In this document: positions 37,467-49,700 of the stretch, piece after piece
Layout of the letters: every line of letters starts with the position of its first letter
Position numbering within the stretch: position 1 is the stretch's first letter
Origin: Euglena gracilis
Lineage: Eukaryota
Length of the DNA stretch: 64,000 nt
Assembly: GCA_039621445.1 (NCBI GenBank)
Contig: CP154954.1
Coordinates: 28,113,037-28,177,036, forward strand
Direction: 5' to 3'
Notes under the pieces: generated by a model
What the model was told of the DNA's origin: nothing
Database searches by the model: none
What the model saw: the letters and a program-made list of their open reading frames with translations, nothing else
Position numbers and translations under genes: made by a program

Positions 37467-39380
37467 ATGGGTCGCCACAGAAAGCATGCCATATGGGAAC
37501 AGTTTGTGCCGAAGAACAAGGATGGGGCAGTTTGTGATGTAGCGAAGGCAGTCAAGGCCCACTGTTGCCATTGTGAATGGACTCAGAAGGTCAATATCAC
37601 CCGGATGACTCAGCATTACGAAGCATGTCACCGGAGCAACGTTGTGCCGGTTGCAGTGGTCCACCCTTATGAGGAGGAGCCCCGCAATCATGAAGATTCT
37701 CAATCCTCTGTGTCTTCAAGGTCTCCAAATTGTCCCAGTCCAAAGAAGCAAAAAACTTTGGATGGTTTTGCAGACCACAAGTTCACTCCAACCACTGATG
37801 TAGGATGCGGGGGGTGGCACTTTTCTTTGGGAGGTGTTTCTCCGGCATCACCCCCCCCATCCAATCACCCTTTTTTTGGTGGTCATGGACAGGGGGGAGT
37901 CCCAGCGCCGAAGGCTCTGCAATATTTTTCCGTTTTTGCAATGAAACTTCAGTGAAACTTTGGCCTTTGTTGCAAAGGAATGGCTAGGTTTGGGGGGGGG
38001 GGGCGGGAAGGCCCCAGTGTCACATAGGTAGTCAAAATCAACCACCCATTCCCCCCCTTTTTTTTGTTTTAAAACAAAGCAAAAAAACTTTCATGAATAA
38101 AAAAACATTTTTTGTTTTAAAAGGGGGTGTTTTTTTGAATAAAACACTACAAATAGGAAAAAAACCTGTTTTAAACAATTTGTTTAAAAACAGCCCGGGA
38201 ACCACCCCCCTGGATGAGCCCCCCCCCTTTGGCCATTTCAGGCCAAAAATTTTTTTTCAATATCTCGAAAATGAGCCTCTGTGCGTATTTGCTGGGTTTG
38301 ATGGGTGTGAAATCCCTCTGTTCAGGATAACCCCTTGCACGCAACTTTGAGAGGCATCTCCACATTTTGTGCCGAATTGGACCCACTGATGGTGCCGAAG
38401 ACCCCCGTGTTGGACGACTTGATCGAGTTCATTGGGTGCACCGGAAAGTTTAAAGACAGCGAGGACATAAACTGCCATCCTTGTAGTTTCTGGTCTGTCC
38501 TTTACCCTGATAGTGTGAAGCACGCCCCTCATTCGACAAACTTTTGGGGGATGTTTTGTGGCGTGGTTGTGATGATGGTAGGCAATTGAACAATGTTTTG
38601 TTGTTTGGGGTGGGGGCAGTTTTGGGACAATTCCACATGTTAACCTCCTACACCATGCCTAGAGACCAGTTTTTTTTGGGCCCCAAATTCGACCCCCAAA
38701 CGTGGGTCCCCCCGAGCACCCCGCCCCCCCCTTGGGGGGTGGGTGGGTGGGTCCGGACCTCCACCTCCTCCCGGGTCATGAAAACACCCTGCAGACAACA
38801 ATCAATTGTAGTTTGTGTTTTTTTTATACAAAGTATCCACCTTCATTCATTCATTTCATTGTTGAGCCAGTTGAGATGGATGCTTCACCCACCGTTTCTT
38901 CCCTTGGCCGCCTTTTGGGGGTGTATCCCCCGCGGCCCCCCCGCGACCCCCCCGCGACCCCCCCGCGACCCACACATGGAGGGTTTCCACATCCCAGTAG
39001 GAGCCAAAAAGTGGCAACTAATTCCTAATTTGCACCCAAATTAGGAATCAAAATTGCCAAAAATGTGTGACAAATTCCTAATTGGAGCTCTTTTTGGACA
39101 CAAAAGTTCTAAAAATAGGTTCCATGTGACGTTGTATGAAAGGTCACACTTGTCACGCGTGACCCGTCAAGACTTCCACGTTCCCCCCGCGACCCCCCCC
39201 CCCCCCCCCCCCACTCATACACCCCCTTTGGGAGCCATTGCGGCCGCACAGGCGTCCGTTGAACGTGTGTTCAGCTCCGCTGATTTTCAGTCCGATGGCC
39301 GGACCCGCATTGAGTTCGACAAACTTGCCCGTGAGGTGTACATCCGCTACAATCATATGGCACTAAGTGCTGAGTTTGCC
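37467..39380 (+). mobile_element. Fragmented, internally deleted hAT transposase (BED zinc finger plus hAT C-terminal dimerisation domain)
   Basis: 37467-~37795 contains IWEQF...AHCCHCEWTQKVNITRMTQHYEACH (zf-BED), preceded by a pyrimidine tract and AG. ~38400-38515 VLDDLIEFIGCTGKF...HPCSFWSVLYPDS. ~39228-39375 AIAAAQASVERVFSSA...RTRIEFDKLAREVYIRYN. Candidate right terminus with GGTCGCCA repeats at ~39525-39575. Confidence 0.8.
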
Positions 39381-39712
39381 TTTGATGTTCATTGTTTTCC
39401 CAACTCCCATCCATTTATTAGCCTTTTGTCATCTGACACCCAATGATGAACAATTTTTTGGCGGAACTAACTCCTCGGGGGGGGGTAGATTTGGCCTGGG
39501 GGGGGGGGGTTGTGGGCAGACCCTAGGGTCGCCAAAGGTCGCCATGGTCGCCAAAGGTCGTGGGCAGGTCGATGTCAAAAAATGCGCTCCACGGCAAATT
39601 AGCGCAACATACACACAAAAGGTGTTGCACACACAAGGGTTTTTTTTTTTAGGGCCCTGGAACAGTTGCCTACGCCGCTACAATGCAAAAAAGACTGAGT
39701 AGGAAATACCCA

Positions 39713-40300
39713 TAGCGACCTTTGGCGACCTTTGGCGACCGTGGGCAGACCCTAGGGTCTGCCCACAACCCCCCCCCAGGCCAGATCCGGGAGCCCCTCG
39801 GGGGGTCGGCACACCCCTCCCCCCCCCCATCCGGGACCCCCTCCCCGCGCCATTTTCCCCCCCCCCCCCCCCCCCTTTTCAGACCCCCTCGCCACGCCAT
39901 GTCAGCCGCGCCAAAGAAAATTTTCTTGGCAAACCCCCGCGCACCCCTCCCCCCCCCCCATCCGGGACCCCCTCGCCACGCCAAAAAACGCCAAAAACCC
40001 CCCCTCCCCCCCCCTAGCCGGACCCCTCGCCACGGCGTGCCGACCCCCCCTCGCCGCGCCCTGTGGGACAAAAAGAGGGCACGGGCAGGGCCTTGGGGGC
40101 AGTTCCCGAGTGCGCTCAACCGTGAGGTTACTTTTTCATCATCAAAAAATATTTTTCCGAAATTTTTCCGAAATTTTTCCGAAATTTTTCCAAAAGAAAA
40201 ATATTTTTATATTTTTCCGAAAAAAAACAATCCTACCCGCGTCCCCCCCCGCGCGCCCCCCCGTCCCCACCAAGTGGCTTGGTGTCCTTTTTTTTGAAGA
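39713..40300 (+). mobile_element. Left end of a related hAT-type element
   Basis: Starts TAGCGACCTTTGGCGACC (inverted relative to 39527-39575) and has AAATTTTTCCG subterminal repeats like those at 37305-37350. Confidence 0.5.
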
Positions 40301-41279
40301 GGCTTTTCTGCAACACTTGATGTGATGAAACGAAGAAGAGGGGAGAAGGAAAAAGAACGTTTTAGGGGGGGAAAAAATGGCCAAAAATGTCATTTTTGGC
40401 CATTTTTTTGCCAAAAAAAGTGCTCTCTTGGTGAACTTCACCGGTGAAGTTTACCATGCCCCCCCCCCTTACTGTTCCCCCCCTTACTGTTCCCATTGGG
40501 GGGACGGGAACAGTACAGTGTCATAGCACTTTTTGTAAAGGATCCTTGGAACACAAGGCAAAACGGGGGATTTTTGGTCGGTTTTGGGTGCTTTCCATCC
40601 CATCAAAATCCAACCTAATGCCAAAAAAAAATGGATGTTGTGGTGCAATTTTCAAGCATGTAAACCAAAAAAGCTTCATTTTGGCATTTTAGGTGGCCTT
40701 TAGGGTCTAACTTGGTTGGTTGGTTCATGGACCATGGGAACAGTAAGGGGGGGGGGCTCGTCCCCCCCCCCCCGTACTGTTCCCCCCCCCTTACTGTTCC
40801 CATGGACCCAAAAGGGGGCCACGGGACGGGAACAGTAAGGGGGGGGGGCATGGTACCGATGGGTTAGGCAGAGGGGGTGGGAGGGGGTCCGGGACCCCCC
40901 GGTGAACTTTCAAATGGTGACCATAGGGGGGGGAGAGGGGGTCAAAATGACCAAAGTCTGATCTCCAAGGGAATGCTTCCCATTTCTTTACATTGTAGTT
41001 GATGGGATCCGGGAAGACAATTGGTGTTGGCCATGCAAAGAGTGTCCATTTGTCATTTCCTGTTTGTTTGGCATGATCAATGCTAATCATAGAATGTCCC
41101 CCTGCAACCACCGCACGCTGTCCTTTTTGTTGACACCGTTCCCATCTCCTGTTGTCTTTTCCATTTTGTCGATTTTTTTTCAGCCCATGGCGTTCAGCCC
41201 ATCCTGTCACCTGGAAATTCTGATCGTGGTGTAAACCCCCCCTAATAGAAGCACGGGTGCGCTTATAGGGGACCGCCGC

Positions 41280-41901
41280 CTTTGGCGCTGAAGCCAACCC
41301 TCCCCTTGCCCTAAAAAGGCTTTAAGGGGAGTGGACATCAGAAGAAAAAAAAGTGGACATCAGGGAACGACCTTGCTGCCCCACGCCGCCAAAGCAGTCA
41401 AGCACAAACGGGGTAAGGCGCCAACCTCGTCTCGAATAAGTTACGTCATATTTGCGGATATCATGCTGTAATTTTTTTTTCATACTGGAAATCCCCAGAA
41501 ACGGTCTTTTCACGGCGGGTAGCACTGCTTCACCCAGGCCGTGCCCCGGGCCCAGGGAAATGGCTCTTTTGGCCCTCGCCACAAGGAGGACCTCCTCGTG
41601 ACTCTCTGTGCGCCCACAGGTTAGCGGTTGCTACTGAGGGGTTTACAAAGAGGTGTTCGGTGACTGGGTGAGAGAGGTTAGTGGAAAATGAGCGAGGCTC
41701 ATCTTCAATATATAAATTGCCATGGGGGGCGTGCGTGTTCTGGTGTTGCCTTCTTTGGCGTGTCAGTGTCGTTACTCCTGCGTGCGTGTGGAAAATGAGC
41801 GAGGCTCACCTTCAATGTATAGTGCTTGGGGGGAGGGGTGTGTGGCTCTTGTTGCCTTCGTTGGCGTGTTTGTCTCGGGTGGTCCTTGCGCTGCCTTCCT
41901 T

Positions 41902-41944
<43 letters not shown>

Positions 41945-42110
41945 TGTGGGGGAGGAGGTTGTGTGCGGCAGGTACGCAGCCTTGCCGTTTGCACAGTTTG
42001 CGGTGAAATGGGGTTTGGATTTAGTTTGAGTAGGGAGAGTGAGAGCGTCTGGAGGTGTTGGCATTTGTGGATGGTTCAGTGTAGAAGCACCAAACAAGAA
42101 ATTAGATGTC
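41280..42110 (-). mobile_element. Rearranged fragments of the second CRE family
   Basis: RKYDVTYSRRGWRLTPFVLDCFGGVGQQGRSLMST at 41330-41460; 3' UTR homologous to 45445-45670. Confidence 0.75.
41903..41943 (+). repeat. (GT)n microsatellite
   Basis: Seen directly. Confidence 0.9.
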
Positions 42111-42668
42111 TGATAGTTCAGAAGTGTTCAGGGGGTAAGGCTATGCACAGAAGTGATAGACGGAAGTGAGGTGAGGCAAGGGCAAGGGCAAAGCCCAAGC
42201 GAAGGGAGATGAGGGTGGCGGGAGGTGTAACGTGTTTGGTGTGCATGTGTCGGGCACCCCGGGGCTTTGGTACCAGGTGGCGGTGTGGCTGTTGTGGCGG
42301 GGGCATAGTCACCTTACTTGATCAGGATCATGCGGTCCGTGGCTCTTTCGGCCAACCGCAACTGCCGTGCTACTGCACGAGTCAGTGTGATGGCCAAGTT
42401 TCCAGTCATTTCTTGAAACTTTCGTTGTTTGGTTGTACCTAAGTAAGAGTTGGTCGCGAGGCGTAGCACATCACGGAGGAGTTTGGAGGCTGTTGTCCCC
42501 GTGCACCCCCACGGGTTGAAGGCTGCCCCAATGTACTCCCATTGGTGGCGTGCACCGATCTTCAGCCTGGGATCGTTTGTGCATTTCAGCGTCCGGTAAA
42601 GTACGCTGAACTCGGGTCAAGTTCAAAGGCCATCGTGAGGTTGCCAGAATTAGCAATGAGCCAGAGCA

Positions 42669-45400
42669 TTTTTTTTTTTAAGGGGCTCTAGCCGGCTTGC
42701 TGGGTCGCGCGTGCACTCTCTTCTCACCTTGTGGAGTCCAGGGGGGGCGGGCTACCCTTTGCGTGTGTGTTGCTTTTGCCGGCTCCACTCCCCTTTGTCG
42801 CCTCGTTGGGCGGATGCCTTTCGCCTGGCGTGTAGGCTCTGGTTTTTTTTTGGCGGCTTCGTTTTTTTTTTGTGGTGTGGGGGGGGGGCCGCCTTTTTGG
42901 GGGGGGGTGTTTCCGTGGGGAACCTCCGCGCTTTGTGGGTTGTGGCCGTCTTGGTCTTGGTCTTGCTCGCTTTTGGTGTGGTCTGCGGTGGGGGTTGGGG
43001 ACTTACCATGGGTGGAGGGCCTCCTCCACGCGGTCCCTGGCGGAAAGCTGCCGCGCCACGTGGCGCATGAGTGTCACCGATAGTGCTTCATGCATTTCTT
43101 GCAGGGCCCTTGTCTTTGGCCATCCCCGCATGTCTGCGGTGGCCCTTTTGGTGACCTCAAACAGCACCGCCTTGGCAGAGGTCCAGGCCTCCCCATGTGC
43201 TCAGGCCGAAGGGTGAGAAGCCCCACCCCTTCGCCTGACACGGGGGGCCATCCGTCTGCACTTTCCTGGTTTCCACCTGGTTGCAATGCCTGCGGGCATT
43301 GTCCACCACCAGTGGGTGCTCTCCCAGCCCCGCGGGGTGGCTGCAGACGAAATCAACTGCCACGTGTTGCCCCCGTGACCAGTTGATGAGGAGAATGTCG
43401 GCTGGTCTTTTGTTCGCCAAACACTCTGCCTCCTTCTCCACCGCAATGTTGTACCGGGCACACATCGCCGCAAAAGCATCTCGGAATGCATTGTGCCGTT
43501 GGGTGTTTCCATTCTGCTCGCAGCAGACGAAGTGATCCCCGAAGGGATCAATGGACCCCCGACACAGTGGGCACCCCGGCAGCGTGACCCCTGAAGGGAG
43601 GATGGGCAGGCCAAGCCACCACCGTAGTAGCAGCCGGTATTGGGTGTCCGAGAAAGCTGTGTGCTGTGCCTTGCTGGGCAAAGTCCGCAGCCATCCCGTT
43701 GCCACCGGTTGCAGCAACAGCTTGGCCCCAACATGGATCCCGTGGCCAGCTGGCTCGCAGGCACCACCCCACTCTCCTCCGCAGCACCAGAACACGCCAC
43801 CCAACGGTGGTGGGCGGAGAAAGTTGCGGAAATGCAGAGCCAGCGAGTCGACGCGGTCGGCTCTGCCAGGGACCGGGTGAGACGGGCTTGCCAAAAGGGA
43901 ACCGTTGTAGCGTGTCTTGCATGTCCGGGGATGGGGTTGCCAACACCGAGGCTGGCACCCCCACTGCTTGGCTGCCGTGCATCCCCAGATTCAGCAAGGC
44001 CGCCATCCGTGCCGCGGGTTGCAACACTTCGGGGTCCGAGATTCCGAGTCCTCCTTGGCGGATGGGCAGGGAGACTTGATCCCATGAACTCTCGGTGATT
44101 CCCAGTCCGAGGAGATCTTGTACGGCTTCCTGCAGCCGTGCCCTGAGAATGAGCGGGGAGTCCCGTGCGTTTTCTCTCTCTGTTGATCGGAGGAGGTGGA
44201 CCACCCGACATCCGTCAAGACAGTGCCGCACTTGCCCCTCTGGGTATCCCCTGAGCCGTTCCAGGAGCAAGGTCGCCCTGTCCACGGTCTCTTCCCATAC
44301 GGCTTGGCATTGTGGTGCTCTTGGCGTGTCCTCTTGTGCTGTGCGCTGCTCCCGCGGGGCATCAATTGGGACGCCCAGGGTCGTGATGCCCCTCGGTCCT
44401 CCAAAGGGAATCACGGGCACTTGTCGTCCCAAGTGGTCTTCTGCCAAACCGTCTGGGTAATGTGGCCCGGCTTGATTGACCGTTTGCATCCCAGGTCCCC
44501 AAAATTTGCACTTGGCCAAATTGAGGTGGAGGCCTACTCGCTCCAGGACCGTGCTGAGGTCATGGAGGCGGGCCAACACCACTGCTGGTTTCCCCACGAT
44601 GTGGCCGTCGTCGAGGTACCAAGACTCCCATGCCAAGTCCCGGGCAAAGCATTGGTCAAGGGCGTAGTCCAAGCCCAGTGCAAAGCCCAAGGGCCCGCAT
44701 GCGTCGCCTTGATGCACTCCGATCTTGCTTGTACACAGGAAGCGCCCTTGGCAGAACAGCGGACTTGGTCCACTGTAGCAAAAGCGCAGCCAGTTGTACG
44801 CCGTGGGTACCTTGGCCAAGCATCCCCGGAGCATTGCATCCCTGCTGATGGAGTTGAAGGCATTGCGCATGTCCACCTGCAACACCACGTAGTCGTTGTC
44901 CCCTTGGAGGTGGCTTGACTGGACGTAGCGTTGCAGGCCCATGCCCACCATCTCGGCGGCGTTGCGCACTCCCACCCCGCACTGCCGCGGTTGTAGGGCT
45001 GCCAACTCCATCGTCACCGCTTCAGAATGGACAAGGCACTTGCCCACCACTCGCCGGAGGGTGTCCCCGACGGCAATGGGCCGCACCCCCCAATCCTTCT
45101 TGCGGAGCGGGATGAGCGTGGAGGCGCATAGCACTTCTCGCACGCTCTCCGGGAATGATGTGGTCAGGGCCGTCGCAGCAAGCTTGCCGAGGGCTTGGAC
45201 CAGGGGCCCCCCCGGCCCCAGCTTTCGGCAACACTCAATGAGGTGGATTGGACGCAGCCCAGATGGTCCGCCTGCGGACCCCGGGGGGAAGGAGACCACG
45301 GCTGCCCAGGCCCGCTTGGACCACTGCTCGTTGCTCTCCTCTTCGTCCATGCCCTCGTCCACCAGGCGGCAGGCAATCGAGGTGGGCAAATCCCCTGCCA
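42669..45400 (-). mobile_element. 5'-truncated CRE-clade (CRE/SLACS/Cnl1-like) non-LTR retrotransposon: RT, CCHC and restriction-like endonuclease
   Basis: RT motifs GVRPIAVGDTLRR, QVDMRNAFNSISR, GVHQGDACGP, WYLDDGHI; C-terminal CPLC..DPFGDHFVCC...RHNAFRD and RPADIL...VAVDF. Poly-A tail (T run from 42669) and 11-bp TSD GAGCCAGAGCA at 42658-42668 and 45401-45411. Frameshifts near 43750-43900 and 43170. Confidence 0.92.
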
Positions 45401-45444
45401 GAGCCAGAGCAAGAAATTAAGAAAGAACTTTGGTAATAAAAAAA

Positions 45445-46510
45445 ACACGGTGGGTAGCACAGCTTCACCCAACCGTGCCCCGGGCCCAGGGAAACGTCTC
45501 TTTTGGCCCTCACAAGAGGAACCCCCTTGTGACTCCCTGTGCCGCCACAGGTCGCGGGTTGCTATACTATGGGTGTTATGTACAGAAGAGAGGAGTGCCG
45601 AGTAACTGTGAAGAGTGCCGTGGTTAGCGGTAAGAGGAAGATGAGCAAAGGTGACCTTCAATATATAGTGGGCGGGCAGGGGGGGGGTGTTTGTACCTCC
45701 TTTGCCACGGGATGGCGTGTTTGTGTCGGGATTTTGCTCTTCTTGCCGTTGGATGGCATGTGTGCGTCAGGTCCTTAGGTGGTGGGTCAGGGAGGGAGTG
45801 TCAGCTTGGGCTTGGGCTGTTTTGCTCCATGGATTCATGGGTTGGGGTTAATTTTTGCCTTGGTCTCGAACATATGGCTACAATGACGATGGTGGCATAC
45901 CAAGGAGAGGATATAGAGGAAATGAAGCGGGTAGGGTTCAAGTGGAGGGGATGGGTTAACCAAGGTCAACAGGTGGCAGGTGGTTGGCAAAGGTGTTTAT
46001 TGGGAATACGGGAGGTGGCAACCGGCAGACAGGTCAATGTCATTTGACAGGTTGGTGTAGAAGCTCCATACCAGTTGTTCAGAGATTTCTTTGGCCAGGG
46101 TTAGCGAGAGTCCTTGCCACACTTCTGCTTCGGTTTGGCGCTGAAGCCAACCCTCCCTTTGCCCTATCAAGGCTTTGAGGAGGGTGGACATCAGAGAACG
46201 GCCTTGTTGCCCCAGGCCGCCAAAGCAATCAAGCACAAACGGGGTAAGGCGCCAACCTCGTCTCGAACAAGTTGCGTCATATTTGCGGTGTTTGTCTGCT
46301 TCTTGTTTTTCTTGCCAAATCGGAAGTTGTGCGGCACGGCTCAGAGGGTTGCTTGGGGTCTGTGTGTGACGAATGGTGACGTCGATGGCGACCGGGCCCT
46401 CACTGTCAAGGCGAGGGATGAAGATATCACCAGGGCGGGAGTTGTCATCAGCCCGTTGTTCTTTTTTTGGCTTGGAATCCGGCACGTTGAGCCAAGGAGG
46501 CAAGGAAGTC
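45445..46510 (-). mobile_element. 3' fragment of a second CRE-family retrotransposon (RLE domain plus 3' UTR)
   Basis: ORF 46503-45997 contains RPGDIFIP...VAIDVTIRH...EADKHRKYDATC...GWRLTPFVLDCFGGLG. Confidence 0.85.
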
Positions 46511-46715
46511 TTGGACCGCTGCTAAGAAAGAACTTCAAATTAGGAATTGATCCTATGGTTTCCAGGGAGAGAAAAGCAGGGACAAAAAAAGGAAAAACCC
46601 GAGAGACAAACCTTTTTAAGAAATAAATATTTTTTTGAATTTAAACTTGCTTACTGCTTTAAATGGCGTTTTGAATGGACGCTGTGGTTTCTGTCACTTT
46701 CAGGGATATTCCAAC

Positions 46716-49700
46716 ATGGAACTCGCAATCCCTGAAGCATCTACAACTATTTGTGTCGGAAACCTTCCCGACTATATGAGCAGGAATCACTCTCCAGTGA
46801 GATTTCTTGCTCTTTTTTTGATTGGTTCCTGTTGTAAACTGCTCGTGAATTCCGCCTTATGTTCAAATTCGCAAACGGTGTCCAACGGTGCATCATCAAT
46901 CACACCAAGGCTGGACACCAGGTTGGTTATGCAAGGTTTGGAACGGCACAAGAAGCACAAGCCGCCATTGAATGGCTTGCGCAGGGCTGCTGAAAATGAT
47001 ATGAAGTTTTATGTGAAATTTTCAACCTGACAGCTTCCCTGATGCTCACGGATACCCGATTGACGAGGACTTCCCAAACACTTTGAAAGTTTTCATGTCT
47101 TCAACTCAATTGCGCGATGCCCTTCCTGGCACCCGACCAAAGCGCCCGCTGGACAATGGTTTTGGCGCACCTGCAGCGAAATTCCCACGTTTGGGGGGAG
47201 TGCACAGAATTTGACAACTGTTCAAATGTGCTTGTGAGAGGCCCAGGTTTCTCTGAGCACTTTTTCTGATCTGCAAAGTGTGAGAACCATGAGGAAGTCA
47301 AATCAACCTGGAACCTCACTAATGGAAATGAACCAGTTGTGATGTTGTTTGATTTTGGTTTTTGCTTGTTCAAAAAATCGGAAGAAACAAAGAAAATTTT
47401 GTTTTTGGCAGGGACTCTATTCTTTGGACAACTTGTCTTTTCAAAAACTGACCAAATGCAGAAGCCCACACCAACCAGAACTTATGGAGAGAATGCGAAT
47501 CGCCAAAACCTGCACGTTGGGGGTTGCTGGATACTGTCTGCCTCGCCTCAGAAGACCACTTTTTAGAGCACTTTTGGTGATTCAAGTCCTTGGTTGACTC
47601 AAAGGTACTTGTTCGCTACTCGACCGCCAGTTTATTGTGAGGTTATTTGAAGGGTAGGGTTAGGTGCGCACATGGCCATGTTGCACAACATGTCCATGTG
47701 CGCACCTAACCCTACTCCTTCAATAACCTTAAATATTCCAATAAGACTTTGAAAAATTTCGGTGGCGGTCGGGTAGCGAACAAGTACTGACTCAACGGAT
47801 TCAAGGTCGTTGGGTTCTTGATTACCAGGACCTTTTTGGCGGTTTTTTCCTTGGAGGAATTTTTGTGTGAAGCGGACGCAACAACAAGCAAGGTAAACCG
47901 TCATTGTCAAAAAAAAGGACTTCGGTGCCCTGAGGTGCTTGGGCCACCTCTTCAACCAAGCCACCTCGTTTCACCTCATGTCAAATTCTGAAATGCCTTT
48001 TGCTGCAGCTCCTGGGTTCATTGGTGGCCGTGGTTTTGGCAAAGGTGCTGGAAAAGGCCGTGGGAAAGGTGGTGCACAGGCTGAATTTCAAGGCAATGCC
48101 GACCGGGGGTTCCTGCCAGGCTGTATTTTAGTCGGGTGCCGACCCCACCCCGGGGGGGGGGGGCAGGCACTCCAAGGCCCCCCTGATCCGACCGTAGGGC
48201 ACATGGCCAAAAGTGCCCTGGCACAACCCCGGCGCCGGGGAGCCAAAAATGGCCTATCCTCAAAGGAATGTGCCTGGGCACAGACCGAAATCCGACCCCC
48301 CCGGGGGGGGTAGTGCCCAGGATTTGATATAAGGAGGGCGTACATGGTTTAGGTGGGGGGGTGTCCCCCACCCCCCACCCCTCCTGGCCCGCAGGGGGGG
48401 CCGGACCACCCCACCTGCCAGGGGGGTCCGGACCGACCCTGGGGGGGGGGCACCCGGGACCCCTCCCCAAAAGGGTCATTTTTTCCTCCGGCACTTTGCG
48501 TCGAAAATTTTTGCATTTTTGGCAAATTTTTGGGTACTTATCTGTTATCGCACGACATACCCCCCCCCTTCGGTTATCGCACGACACCCTTTTTTGGGGT
48601 TATTTAAAGGAATAGGGTTAGGTGCGCACATGCTACGTTGCGCTACATGGCCACGTTGCGCTACATGGCCATGTAGCGCAACATGGCCATGTAGCGCAAC
48701 GTGGCCATGTAGCGCAACATTGCATGTACGCACCTAACCCTACTCCTTCAAATAACCCTATAAAACCTAAAAATAAGGCGTCGTGCAATAACCGAAAGGG
48801 GGGGGTATGTCGTGCGATAACAGATAAGTACCAATTTTTGCCCAAAGAGTGCCCAAAATGGCACTTTTGGTCGTTTTGGGGGGTCAAAAATTTTCGGTCA
48901 CCCAGACCGAGCCACTGTTTAGGTGGGGGGGTGTCCCCCCCACCCCCCCCCCCTCCGGCCCCGGGGGGGTCCGGACCCCCCCCCCCCCACCGTCCTTATA
49001 TCAACCCTGGTAGTGCCTGCCTGAGCAGGCACTCTGGACCAGGGTTGGTAAAAAAACAGCATTTTGGGCACTTTTTGGCCCACGACCTGGCAGGCACTGC
49101 CCCCCCCCCCACCTGCCTAAATCACTCCCAAACCCCCTCCCCCAATTTCAATTTCAGCCTGGTGGTGTAGCCTCCAGCCCCTCATCCGTTTATGTTGGAG
49201 GTGTACCCCATGACTGGGATGAGCCCAGGGAAGTGCCAAGTGTTTCCAGAGCACAGACGCAGCATACTTCCAACACACCCCACCATCCGTTACTTGGGGG
49301 GTCAGGCCCAGGCAATTGCTTAAGCACAGACCAACCAACCCCCCCCCCCCCGGGGGGGGGGGACTGGTTTTTTCAAAGTGACTGACTGGTTTTGGGCCCG
49401 GACCCCCTCCCCCCCGGGGGGGGGGGTCGGCCAGGAGTGGGCAAAAGTGGCTTGAGTGACCCCGGCGCCAAAGGCGCCGGAAAAATTTTTTGGGCCTTAA
49501 ATGGCCTAAAGTGACTGGAAAGTGGCCGTTTTTCTGAGTGGCCGACCCCCCCCCCCCCGGGTGACTGGCTGGTTTTTTGAAAATGAGTGACTGACTGGTT
49601 TTTAAAAAAGTGGAGTGACCCCCCCCTCCCCCCCCCCGGTCGGTAAGCAATTGTATGGTCAGGCCGATCAAGATCTTCTCATGCAAAAGCAAAAATCTTC

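Larger units (their letters stand above)
48074..49166 (+). other. Nonconventional intron consisting of a TIR element (48077-49161) plus one TSD equivalent, with nested MITEs
   Basis: CAGGCTGAATTT...AATTTCAGCCTG flanked by GTGGTGCA (48069-48076) and GTGGTGTA (49162-49169). Paralog 2 has no intron at this position. Confidence 0.85.

Noticed and set aside
39722-40297. Pro/Gly-rich ORFs here and at 61260-62200
   Set aside because: Translation artefacts of C/G homopolymer runs in repeats.
45445-45570. HDV-like ribozyme or SRP RNA
   Set aside because: I could not fit the nested double pseudoknot or the SRP helix-8 motif; kept only as a generic structured 3' end.
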